A stretch of DNA of 64,000 nt. It comes from Botryllus schlosseri (lineage: Eukaryota). Made by a program: the position numbers and the translations under genes. The notes under the pieces are model-generated. The model was not told the origin of the DNA and ran no database searches. It worked only from the letters and a program-made list of their open reading frames with translations. Shown here one piece after another: positions 51,138 to 64,000 of this stretch (positions are counted from its first letter, which is position 1; every line of letters begins with the position of its first letter). Where the stretch lies: the NCBI GenBank assembly GCA_051294905.1, contig CM119383.1, positions 12,028,001 through 12,092,000 of the forward strand, read 5' to 3'.

Positions 51138-51777
51138 CAGTGATGAGCATCGGAGCGGAGTCGGAGTGGATTCGGAGCGGAGTTTTGCCGATTTTGTGAC
51201 AGCATAGGAGCGGAGTCGGAGTTTACTACAAATATTTTTTCGGGGAATTTCGGAGTATTGTAACTTTTGTCTCCGATATCTTTGCATAAATCTGACCAGA
51301 ATACACTAATGATTATGATTACAAATCAAAACACCAACAGTTGACACCTTGTAAAGTTGTAATAACTAATATTACTGGTAACATGCAAAAATGATTGGCA
51401 AGTACATGAAAACCAGCCACCTGCACTGCAATTGGGGACTGGAGAATATAGACAATACTATGAGATGAGGCCAACCATATTATCACATTTATTTAGTAAG
51501 ACACATTACCAAGTGCATGTACCATGCTTGCCACTCTAATGATATGGTTAAAATGGTATGATTGGCCACGAGCTATATCTTAACCTAGTGATCTAGCACG
51601 GCATTTTCGTTGAGCATTGTCTGTAGTTAATTATGTAACTTCGGATACTTGACGAAATTCTTCGGAGTATCTCGGAGTCATGGGCTTGAGCTCTTCGGAG
51701 TCGGAGGGAGTTTTCCTCAGACACTAAAGTTGTCGGAGGGATTCGGAGTCTCGAAAAGCACTATCCGCTCATCACTG
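51138..51777. mobile_element. hAT-type MITE in the divergent MLEC/TYMS intergenic region
   Basis: TIRs cagtgatgagc / gctcatcactg; perfect 8-bp TSD ctcccgac; cggag subterminal repeats. Confidence 0.9.
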
Positions 51778-52566
51778 CTCCCGACTTGGTGCGGCTTTCG
51801 TTGCGGACTTCTACAGATTTAACTATACAAACCATAGCCTTTATAAGGATACGATACAAATACGATACAAGCTATACCAATGACATATCTATATACATTG
51901 ACTATACGGAGAAAAATGAATTCCGCCAAGACGCACGAGCTTCCTATCGCTGTTGAAGCTTATTCCGAGCCAGGTGACGTAATGGTGATGAGTCCGGCTT
52001 CTTTATCACAGGTAGGTCGACAAAAAGGGTCAAGTCCAACCAATGATATTGGTCCAAGCGTCCAACAGATCATACTTGACGACAGGTCGTACGGGAGTCG
52101 AGTCGGTGAAATTACCTTTTTTATTTTTAGTCAATCCAATAATATTGGCCGTGAAATGTGCAAATTAACCATTTCTGTTCGCTATTGTAGCCTGTAAAAA
52201 GTGTCCTTCAGTTCAGTTCATCATTTCAAAACACCTCTTTCAGCAGATGGCAATCCTTCGCTTCTCCGTCGGAATCAAATTAGGAAATTATTATGACAGG
52301 GGATTCCTATGCATCTCAAATCATGAAGTGGAGCAAAATGGTCCCGAGGAATATTCAAGCGGTGGTTCAAATCTATTAGATCATCTTTAGTTTACTCTAA
52401 GTCGTTTCGACACCTTCCTATCTTTCATTATATTTCATTGGCGTATTGAAAGAATTAGCAATCATTGATCCTATTTTCATCAGCTGTCTATAAACTCAAT
52501 GGTAACAATGCCGAAATTTCACGCATAGCTGGTTAACGCGGTAAGAGTTGACCTATACGTTATTAG

Positions 52567-53586
<1,020 letters not shown>

Positions 53587-54191
53587 TTGCATAAATTTCA
53601 AAAATATAGGGGCGGGGGGTCATTGTAAAATCAAGTTCAAAGCCTATGAAAACATATCCATTTTGGCTCTCTCTATGGAGGCCATTATAATGCCACGTTT
53701 ATTAAAGTTCTGCAAACTATTTCAAAAACAATGGCTCCAGACTATGATGAGTTTCTGTGGAGCAATACGTTACAATCTTTTATGCTGGGTTTTGTGGATT
53801 GCTTAATTGAAATAAACTTGTGGCATAAGCTCTAGACGGTTTTACGCTGCCCCAATGTGATGTAGGTCTACTAAAAACTTATCAATTTGAGGTTCATTTT
53901 ATCGTGACTTTCATCGCATGAGTGGTATCTACAAAAATGGACTGGTGGTATTTCTGTTAAAACTTATGAAGCACGGTAGTAATCATATTTCTTTTTCATA
54001 AAATCATAAGGTTTTGTTGTTTTGCACCAAAATTTCAAATATTCAATCATATTCGACTTGTAGTGTACACTAAATTTCGTTGTTCTGCCGAAGATGTTTG
54101 CCACACATATTCAATTCGATATTCGTTACTTACATCACTTGCGCTGTTGCGCAGTAGATGGTTCATGGTCGGTTCTTAGTAGTATCCAAAC

Positions 54192-54684
54192 TAGATGTTG
54201 ACTGATGTTGATTTGGGCAGGCCGATAACCGATATCATAGGCTGATATTAATATGGAAGGAGCAGAGAACCATTTTACTAAAAATATTATATATTAGGCA
54301 AGATGACACTTGTTTATGCCACGGAAAACTGAACAACAAACGAGAAAACTGAAAAAAAAAAGAATTATTGCTCAATTGTGCACATTCATTGAAATTTGGG
54401 ACAACCCAAAAAGATAAACATGATACAGAATCACAGATCAGTCCAGTAGATGTAGATTATAATGCAGGAAGCATAGTTTCTCTGTATGTTCACCCAGTTG
54501 AACTCGTCCTGCATGGGTAAATCGGTCACGTATCGTCCTTTGCGTTGTCGATTTTTTGAGACTGAGCACACGGAGCATTGAATTTCCAATATTTTTGAAT
54601 TGTTTTTTAGATATTAAATATCGGCCGCGATATCGATAATCGGGAAAGTTCCAAATATCGGCCGCGATAATCGGTCGACCTCTG
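54192..54684. mobile_element. hAT-type MITE between TYMS and PRIM1
   Basis: TIRs tagatgttgactgat / atcggtcgacctctg; perfect 8-bp TSD atccaaac. Confidence 0.85.
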
Positions 54685-55027
54685 ATCCAAACTGATCCTA
54701 TTGTACTATCAGATACTTATTTCTGTTTCGTGAATGTATTATTCTTGCTTATATGGATATTCGCACAGTTGATTGGCTACTTATATCTACAATTATACCA
54801 GGCTATTCTGTCAAACATAGATACTAACCAGTTAATGCTCATTTTCTATGGGATGGATTCTGATGTGCATTGGTTATCGCTATTCCTACTTGTGCTTTAT
54901 GATTCTGGAATAACCGACTACAATGACCATCACAGAGTAGTATCCATTTTGTTAAATATTCAATTTCCATGGTTTTTAGAATTTTCTGGTTAAAATTTTT
55001 GGATATACATACGTTCATTACAGCACT

Positions 55028-56299
55028 ATGCCTGAAGCTACTGAAAAAAGTCCTGAAACTTTTGAATACGATCCTGCGAGCTTGCCGAGTATACTTCCAA
55101 TCTATTACAAACTTTTATTTCCGTTCGGAACATATTATTCATGGCTCAGTTACGGCGGATTCGAAAAGTCGCAGATGGCCAACCGGGAATTTTCTTTTAC
55201 GCTGAAGGACGATATTTACATACGCTATCAGTCTTTCACAAATCAACAAGAATTGGAGAGAGAAATACAGAAGGTAACGCCGTACAAAATCGATCTGGGA
55301 GCTGTGTACACCCACCCTCCGAAAGATCACAACAAAGTGAGCGGAAGCCAATTCAAACCGGTTGAAAAAGAGTTGGTTTTTGACATTGACATGACGGATT
55401 ACGACGATGTAAGGAAGTGTTGTAAGGGTGCCGATATATGCAAAAGGTGTTGGCCGTTGATGACGATGGCGATACGGTTGATCGATCGCGCCTTGCGAGA
55501 TGATTTCGGATTCGAGCACAGATTGTGGGTGTACTCCGGCCGTCGTGGGGTCCATTGTTGGGTGTGCGACCCACACGCCAGAAAGTTACCGAACAAGGCG
55601 AGGTCTGCTATCGTGGAGTATCTCACGGTGATACAAGGAGGTAACACTGACAAACGCGTGACTTTGAAAGATCCGGTGCATCCGTTTTTGCGGCATTGCA
55701 TCACGACCATATCGAAAAAGTATTGGGAAGAGTACCTTGAGACGCAGGACATTTTAGAAACGGCGACGGATGTCGATAAAGTAATGAAGATGGTTCCGGA
55801 TGATGAAGTTCGTGACGCTTTGACGAAATCTATGAACGAGACCGGCGAGTCTTCCAAAACGAGATATGAGAAGATACGTGTGGCGACAGCAGAACGCTTT
55901 CAGACGGACCCGAAAAGATACAAAAAACTGCGCTATGTGCCGCAGGAGATCATGTTGGAGTTTTGTTATCCCAGGCTGGATGCAAACGTCACGACTGGCA
56001 TTAATCACTTGCTCAAAAGTCCGTTTTGCGTCCACCCCAAGACGGGGCGAGTTTGCGTTCCTATCGATTTGGACAAAGTCGATGAATTCGATCCGTTCGC
56101 GGTTCCGACCGTGGCGCAACTCTGTTCGGAACTGGACTCGCACAAGGCTGACGAGACTGTTGACGCCCAAACTCGTAAAAGCCAGATGTATAAAACTACC
56201 AGTTTAGCGCCTTATATGAAAGTTTTTGAAGATTTTGTTCATAGCTTACTTTCCACCGCTAGGAAAGGTAGAGCTGAAGGCGAGAGTGTGGATTTCTGA
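55028..56299 (+). CDS. PRIM1: DNA primase small subunit, single-exon CDS
   Basis: NREFSFTL, ELVFDIDMTDY, YSGRRGVHCW, HLLKSPFCVHPKTG. Confidence 0.97.
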   Translation: MPEATEKSPETFEYDPASLPSILPIYYKLLFPFGTYYSWLSYGGFEKSQMANREFSFTLKDDIYIRYQSFTNQQELEREIQKVTPYKIDLGAVYTHPPKDHNKVSGSQFKPVEKELVFDIDMTDYDDVRKCCKGADICKRCWPLMTMAIRLIDRALRDDFGFEHRLWVYSGRRGVHCWVCDPHARKLPNKARSAIVEYLTVIQGGNTDKRVTLKDPVHPFLRHCITTISKKYWEEYLETQDILETATDVDKVMKMVPDDEVRDALTKSMNETGESSKTRYEKIRVATAERFQTDPKRYKKLRYVPQEIMLEFCYPRLDANVTTGINHLLKSPFCVHPKTGRVCVPIDLDKVDEFDPFAVPTVAQLCSELDSHKADETVDAQTRKSQMYKTTSLAPYMKVFEDFVHSLLSTARKGRAEGESVDF

Positions 56300-56526
56300 G
56301 GATTTTATTACTAGCTTTACTGTAACGAAACTACTACACAGCCTTGACTGTAACGCACATAGTTGAACAATCATCGCCAGAGCCAGTAACTCTTAATCTC
56401 TGAGAATACGCAACATATTTTGAATTGATCGATCGCATATGCCGGTCGCAGCCTTGAAAGTTTTTACATTTGCTTAAAACTGCCGCCTCTATTTTTTATC
56501 TGTTTATGTTTAGCAACTAGTCTACC

Positions 56527-58380
56527 ATGTTATCCCGCACTAAAAATGTTATACCGCTAGTGTCGGCTCGTTTGATATCGACCGCAACTCAATCGAGAAA
56601 CGAAAGATTCTATCCGAACGTAATACTCCGTTCCGATCTCGTCAGTGAAGAAGGACTTGTTCGGGAAAAGGTACTAAACCCGTGAGTTAAGGGTCAATTG
56701 TGTTAAATGTACGTGATGTGATACTATTTAGAAAGCTTCTGACCATGATGAAACTATGATTGTGCTAATTTACCGTGTGGTTACTACTGAGGGCCAGCGT
56801 AAGGCAAATTTTATACTGCAAAGGCAACCTAGCTGAAACTTGACTTCACTTAATGGTCTTCAAGATCAAAACATTTCAGCTTGTGCTGCAAACCGGCCCT
56901 TGAACTCAAATAGAACTTTGCTACGTAACTAGCGCTGAATGGATATCACTGTTTCACTGACTGATTTTATCATAAATCCGCAGGTCCTGACGAGGGCCAA
57001 GAAAAACATGTTTAACGAGGAAGACCACGTGGCTACGAATCCTCATCGCTATGGAACCGTGAACATCATGGTGGAAGGATTCGACATGGTGGTCGTAGAA
57101 AAATTCACGCAACACATCCACAGGCTGGTGCTGAAACACAAGATCAAGGTGCCGGAAGTGTAAGCGCTCTTCGTTTGGTATAGTTTTTATTGCGTTGCGA
57201 ATTCTTGGATAAAAACAGTCACGGAAAGAATAATAAATCGGTAATGTCGTCAGTCTTCGTGAGTTTGGCATTACGTTTGTATAAAAAACTTCACATGCAT
57301 TTTGACATCAACATCGGCAATCAAAATTGCATTCGACGGGACGCAAATTGTTAAAGAATACTCCTGCGATGTATAAATTAACATTGCTGTCTTGTCGAGC
57401 CCATTTAGACATGATGTTAGCCGATCCTATTACAAAAGGTAATGCTAACCTCTTCTGCGATCTCATAAAATTTTGTGAGGTAGCACCCGTATAGCATCAA
57501 TTTCTATTCTAGATATGCGTTGCCGACGGCGTTCGTTTCCGTGAAACACGTTCTCAACGAATTCACCAGCAACGTGAACGAAATGCAAAACATTGCGGAC
57601 CTTCCATGGCACGGGCGGGTGGTGCAGGTTTACGACATGGAGGCGTTAACGGCGCCGATACTAACGCAAACTTTAGCGAAGCAAGTACCGCCCGGAGTCA
57701 AGCTGTCAATACACGAGGTGGGGGTGCTTAATCGCTAGCATCATACCGTTGAACATACCCAGAGGTGATCCACGTATTCATCGTTGGTACCGAAATACAA
57801 ATAGCAGTAACGATGTCAATTTCTACTTCAGCAGTAGCCTGCGAGTAGAAGTAGCAATTTCCAAGTAGCCTAAGTAAAATAGTTAGTATCGTACGCCTAG
57901 CTTTGTCTAGAAAACGAAAACTGAAGTACAAGTCTAAAATTAAAACCACTTGATTGCAAGTAGACAAAATACGAGTATTTTTAAAATGTAATTTTGCCGA
58001 ATAAGATCAAATTTATCTTTACTACCGGGCCTTGGGGGTTCCGTATCAAAATTCCAGACATGCGTCTTGAGCTGTTTACAGTAGCTAAATTTGGTAACTG
58101 ATCAATGGAACATGAGTAGGTTAAGCAGCGCTGAATGTCCGGCTGTCTGTAATCTTATTTGCAAACATGCTGATGTCCGACAAGACCCATCTACAATATA
58201 GCATCGCATGTAATAAGTGCATGAGTCAACGATGGTCTTCTAGCTTGACTTTTACTATAATGCACCGATTTTCCGTTACCGACGCAGTACAAGGAAGAAG
58301 ACTTTATGCGGCGGCACAACGAAAACGAGGAACTCAAAGAGGCGCAGAAGGATTATCGTAAATTGCGTTTCGGAAAATGA
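56527..58380 (+). CDS. MRPL48: Mitochondrial ribosomal protein mL48
   Basis: Exons 56527-56670, 56984-57159 (YGTVNIMVEGFDM), 57513-57717 (YALPT...VVQV...PPGVKLSIHE) and 58288-58380 (YKEEDF...EEL); phases are compatible and the sequence has the S10-like fold pattern of mL48. Confidence 0.82.
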
Positions 58381-58399
58381 GACCGAAGGACGGGCCCGG

Positions 58400-61300
58400 T
58401 CACGTGTTTGTCTTTTTGTCGCCTTCGTATTTTGCCGAAGATGAGGAGGACCTTCGTAGGGAGGAGTGTGACGTCCCAGGTTTTGACGAAGGATCGGCGG
58501 TGGCCTTCGCAGCCCTGCAATCAATGAATGAATAATGATTTGTTTTTGATATACCGTAACAGTGTTGAATGCAAATATTATGTGTGTGAAATTGAATTCT
58601 GTGTTCCCGAGTACGCGTCGGTCGAACGCTGGTTGACAGCAACAGGACAGTAAGATCGTTGTGTAGCCGGAAAATGTGGTGTTTTCATTACCACGCGTGT
58701 GAAAGTGAAGCTGTATTTCTACTCAATTGCTAGTAGAAGCGATTTCTAAGACATGCAAAACGAAAGGGGGAAAGTGTGTGGTTCTTCGAAAGTAACGACA
58801 CATAAGATAGGTGCACGCGATATTTATATTTACATTCAATTGTTGTGAGGCAGGGATATTTTTCCTGTTACGGCAATTTCACTGATGACGTCAATGGAAA
58901 CGGCTTCCGAATAAGCGAAAACCCACGCCTACAAAGTAGTTTACTTTTAGGGTTACCATACGTCCTCTTTTAAGAGGATTTGTCCTCTTTTTTGACTTTT
59001 TTGAAAGTGTCCTCGAAGGACGCCCTTTTGTCCTCACTTTTAGATTAGGTCAGATTTAGAGCAAATTGCGAGTAATAGCCGTAAATTAGCACACAAGTGA
59101 CGGTCCAGCGGGTATTTCGGAGTGAAAAACGGTGAATTTAGCTCTGAGCGAAAAGATGACCTTTTTTTTAAGTCATCCACCTAGAAATGTGGAGAGAAAA
59201 ATGGTATTTTGAGCTCTGAGCGGACTGGTTTTGCAAGTCTCAAATTTCTGAAAAAATCTCCTCTTTTTAGATTTCCAAAATATGGTAAGCCTAGTTTACT
59301 TTGGAATTGAAATGAAGTAGAACGACTTGAATGAGAAGTAGGAGTAGCTAACATCTACTAGAGAATTTGTTACTGACCACCTCTGATATTCTGGTTGTTG
59401 GTTTTGATATTTAACAAAATTACAATATGTCATGTGCCAGCTGTAGAGCCCAATCACAGTGATATTTATTAGTTATTAGCGGATATGTCAGGTAATCAGT
59501 CAGATAATCTCAATAGCAGGGTACTACTCATTAGAAAGAATCAGGCTTGTATTTTGCCGTGAAGGTGGAGATGCTCGAGACGGTTGCCGGCAAAATGTTG
59601 TTCCACAATCTAAGTAGACCTTCTGACATGGAAGTCAAGTGATGCAGCTCTATCATATGATTACAATATAATTTTTAATGTTGTGGGTAGCCACTCTTTT
59701 ACCCATTCTACTCAAGACTATGCAAACTTTCTATTTCTACGTGAATTCGCGTTGGGCAGCCTTAATAACGAACCTCGACTGCTAGCAGTGACCAAAGCTA
59801 TTCCCATTAGTATAGCAATGCTTCAGACAAAAATTTATCGCTCAAGCATCTCAATCATTTCATAGCTGGCATTAATTATGATCATCTTGCCCGAATTTGA
59901 CTAGGTTACTGCGATGCTGGATTCAAATATGGATATAAGAATGGATAAGGATAGGGTAGGAATTTGATGACCAAATTTGTAAATGTCAAACGACTGAAAC
60001 TCGCTTGTATCAGAAACACAACTTCCGTTTGAATATGCGGCGGTTAGTGAAACAGTGTATCAGCAATCAAGTGCATGTCATGTTTTTCAAATTGCTTGCA
60101 TCTTACAATTGCAGAAATCTTCAATTCCTCACTTAACTACCTTTTAGTGATAGTTGTGAAATTATGTTATGCAGTTGCGACTAATCGTTTTCCATCATTC
60201 GATCGTACTGCCTCAATACTTTCCACTATGACTCTGGTTGCGTAGACCGCTAGTTTCTATGGAGAACATGCATCAGCTATTCTCAAGATTGATTGATGAC
60301 TACCGCAGCAAAAAGGTCTTATAGCAGAACACAAGAATGAACAGGCAAAATAAGACGACAAAAAAACCATGCATTCCGTATTATACCAAATTTAATAACG
60401 TCAACAAAACAACATTAGAATGCCGTCCAATCATCGCCGGACGATACAAGCGACAGAAGAACGACGAAAGAATCAAAAGCTGCTAAATGCAATAAAGATA
60501 CAGTAGTAATGATGGTACACAAGGAAAGCACTGCAGTATTCGTTTATACTGCATGATTAAAACGGTGAACGCAAAGAAACTATATATATGGCGAAGGAGT
60601 TAGATCAATAGGAAAATTATCCACGGCGCCTTTCCAGGACACGAATTCTGCAGAACCGATGCGTCGATATGAATATCGGCTGGCAGACAAGTCAAAAAAT
60701 GTATAATTTCAATTACATCGGCGCTGACAGTGAAAATAGAATCGTGGAAAACGCGTCGATTAAAACATAATTCCAGAGGGAGGTATTGATACATTCGAAG
60801 CTCGGTGATGCATTGCCAAGACAAGCATCGCCCGCTAATACACACAGGTCATGACCAACGAAACACAAGTTCCACGGCCGCTCATTGGAGAAGTGGAAAT
60901 ACACAAGTCAAAGATGGATTCAAATAGGCTTGAAATTGGTATTGATGTGTTCTTGGACATTAGCATGATGCAGATATTAGAGTCAGAGTGATATTTACTG
61001 AAAGGGTGGTTTGAGCTGGAATGGGGCTGGATCTGCCTGGACGTCAATTCAGACTGGAATCAATTTCCGATTCGGATAAAAAAAAAAGCCTGAAAGTACT
61101 CAATGGGCATCAAACACAAAATCGCTGAATAAACACTATCTCTCACCGTCTAATTACATTTAGCAACATTGGAATTTAAGTGATTTTCGTTATTGTCAAA
61201 AACAATCCTATGACCTTGAATATCATTGACAAATCCACGCATCGATGATCGAAAAATACTGGGGTCCGGGTCATCACAGCCATAACGCAGTATGCTGTGA

Positions 61301-63230
61301 CGCCTCCAACACCAGGAATCAGTAAGCGAAAGTGTCATCTCGATTTCACTATCAGCGTGTATACAGGAATCGCAAATCATTGAAACGCTAATAGGAATCG
61401 ACACATAGGAAGGTCAAACGTGCGAAAATGAATCGTAACAGAAGCTGGAGAGGAGCATGCGAAAAAACAAGGCGTAAAGCGAAAAAGAATCGTCACAACG
61501 CAGGCGGTATATCAGAGTTGCCGTGACTTCTCACATCTGCAGTTTGAGGTAAACATATTCAGCCCGCGACATATATTTAATTACTATATTCACATCAATC
61601 AGGGCAAATGAAATGGACCTATACAATTCCGTTTGAAGTTTACGCCCTAGATTTTGAAGCAGTGTTTGTGATTACTCGCGTTAGACGCAAGTCCAGCAAT
61701 AGCACAGGGGATTAACTGGCTACCGTGTAGATCGCACACAAACGTGAGATCACTCTAGGTCGAGAAATAAACTATACGAAAGCAGTATATTATATAAATT
61801 TTGGTCAAGACCAATTCTGATATTGAAAATGAAATTTCAGGAGTAAACAAAGTGACCGTTGAGGGTCGAGACTTGAAAATGACCGATCGATTAATCTCAC
61901 AGAATGCACGAGCTCTGAAAAGTGGACAACTGGACACGCGTTAGTATCGTAGAGGAGACTGATATCACAAAGTTGGGCTTTTTGTACCGTTTACTACCTG
62001 ACTCCTCCACACCTTTCAGGCGTATTTTAAGCAGCGGTGGTTCTCAAGCATCAATCCGCCGCTTTGCATAACAACGAAACCCATCGCGCGAGATGCCAAG
62101 CGCACAAAGCATACAAAGAAAAAGAAAACAGCCATGCTAGCATTCCGACGGCGACTGTCTCGAATCACTCGTAGGCGACGCTGCGTCGGGCGCCTGATTC
62201 GCGTCGGCCACAGACCTTTTGATGATCCGCTCTAAATACTTGCGAGAGTTGATCTCTTCTTCCAGCTTCTCATGGAATTTTCTTTGCTCCTGAAAACGTG
62301 AAGCGAATGGTTAGCTGAGTAGAAGTGGGCCGTAAATTTCTACTCTATTACTAGTAATACTAGTGACAGGGTAAGCAGAGTAGAAGTTATGCCATAAATT
62401 TATACTCTATTACTAGTACAAGTGACTCGTTAAACATAATGAAAAGGCACAAAAGGGACTGAAGAAAGTAATTTCAAAAAGAAGATTTGGTCGAGAGGAC
62501 GAGAACTTTGTTAGCAGTTAATCGGAGGTGGGTAGTTTCAAAATGGCGAGATGCTTCTTTGTGACCAACGCCAACCGTATGACGAATGACACTGCAAACT
62601 GGCGCCATTTTCGCAAGCATATTCAGTTTCTGTGATACATAAGGTCTACTTCACCAGGTTCTTAGTTCTTACGCTAGTTGCACGTTCCGCATTACAGCGG
62701 CGACCGACTCAGGTCTACCATAAGATCTGCGATAGCAGGTCCTTTTCCGTGTCTACCTTGCAAAACATGAGTAACTACGAATAAAGAGTGTGCGGAACAA
62801 AATATAATATCGATGTCTTCATGAATTCAACAAGAAACACACATCGTCACTAAAATAACTTACAGCAATAAATTCACAATTTCCTGTCTAATCACGCAAA
62901 ACCGATCACAACCATACCATGATAAATTACAACACCGACGTCACCGAAAAAACCAGCATGCGATTATTACTGTAGCGAGCAATGATTACGCATTGCGCAT
63001 GCGTGAAGAAAGTGCCTACCTTGACAAGCATGGTGACTTGGTCTTTGAGGTCATATACAGTGTCGACAAGGCTCCTATTTGCGAGACAAAATACAATCGT
63101 TACACGAATAATCACCGGGACCCAGTCGCTCGATCTTACTTTTCCTCGAGACCTCCGTCAGCCGCGTCTTCCACGATTATTTTCTCTTCCAAAATTGAGG
63201 TCTGTCTCGGCTTCGTTCCAGGCAAATGCA
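58400..63230 (-). CDS. 3' exons of a PIX-family Rho GEF (ARHGEF6/ARHGEF7), gene continues beyond the window
   Basis: Exons 63140-63230 (EEKIIVE), 63020-63074 (SLVDTVYDLKDQV) and 62137/62216-62289 (coiled coil LEEEINSRKYLE), plus candidate terminal exon 58400-58514; matches the beta-PIX C-terminus. Confidence 0.85.
58948..59293. mobile_element. MITE of hAT Blackjack-like family
   Basis: TIRs tagggttaccata / tatggtaagccta; direct repeat gtttacttt (9 bp) on both sides. Confidence 0.8.
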
Positions 63231-64000
63231 CTAAAGAAGGAATATGGCAGTGCTCGTTACTCGATCACCATCCTATTCTCTCTCTACACATACTAGTCAT
63301 CCTTTAAGATGTTTAATGAATCAAGATAAATGTAGATGCTTGTTGATGACTAGCACCTTGATACAACCAAATACTCCCGAAAACCAGGCCCAGTAATGTA
63401 AGCAGTATTATAATGTGAAATTTGAGTGATATACCAACAAGCCTGTACGTCACAAGGCAGGTATCTTTCGTTTCTTCCTACAACTGCAAGTGTATGGCTA
63501 AAAGAGGAGCCAGTCTATCCTTCAAACCAGAATTTACGGGACAGACGCATCATTTTGTTCGGGTGTGAAAGGTTACTCGCAGCCAGAAAGCTCGAGGAAA
63601 TTGCGATCATGGACTTTAGGACAGTTACGTATCAGTGGTAGTGTTGGAAACTATCATGGCATTTCATTGTCAGATACGAGTTAAATTCAGATCAAAGTTA
63701 GATAGATATCCGAATGGGGATTTCGTCGCATTCCGATATTTTCACACTATTCTTTTACTAAATAAAAGGCAGAATGGCATTTTTGGAGCATAATGGGAGG
63801 CGTGGAGATGAAATTAATAGCCAATCGGCATGTACTTGAACTAAGACACTTTTACTTCCTAAAGTATCTAGTAATATTGTTCAAAATCGATGGTTCTCAT
63901 GAAATCATTGTCTTCAGTCAGTCTCCAATGTCTAGTGACTTGAAAATGCAGTTCAACAGTGCAGTTTTTCTACAACTACATTTTCTCAGAACAGTCGAAC

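Noticed and set aside
52100-52560. E2F sites upstream of TYMS
   Set aside because: Only partial matches; no clear TTTSSCGC consensus.
55139-56207. Several 70-150 aa ORFs overlapping PRIM1
   Set aside because: Shadow frames of a GC-richer coding region; the same applies to ORFs overlapping RAD1, FAM227, MLEC, TYMS and TSR3.
57739-57765. Micro-exon of MRPL48 after a 21-nt intron
   Set aside because: The intron is implausibly short, and the direct join 57717 to 58288 gives a better mL48 alignment.
60600-61100. Overlapping short ORFs
   Set aside because: No consistent frame, motif or splice support; more likely UTR or intron of the PIX gene.

Overview
AT-rich eukaryotic (animal) genomic DNA with canonical GT-AG introns, several of them only about 65 nt, and compact co-oriented gene runs with splice acceptors just upstream of start codons. 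This fits a tunicate/ascidian-like genome (inference). Genes in order: a degenerate UMPS-like OPRT (-), HDDC3/MESH1 (-), TSR3 (-), two tandem single-exon orphan paralogs (-), FBXL13/DRC6 (+), YARS2 (-), RAD1 (-), a FAM227-family gene (-), malectin (-), TYMS (+), PRIM1 (+), MRPL48 (+) and the 3' exons of a PIX-family RhoGEF (ARHGEF6/7, -). Introns and intergenic DNA are full of hAT-type MITEs (many with 8-bp TSDs), a Tc1/pogo-type element, CR1/L2-type LINE fragments, tRNA-derived SINEs and Penelope-like fragments. The best leads are: (1) the two orphan proteins, with a two-rung HET-s/RHIM-like amyloid motif plus a small helical domain; (2) two families of minimal hammerhead ribozymes with palindromic helix III in Penelope-like termini; (3) an OPRT that has lost catalytic residues; (4) three candidate trans-spliced operons whose upstream cistrons have uninterrupted CDSs. 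All exon boundaries were read by eye and no database search was run.
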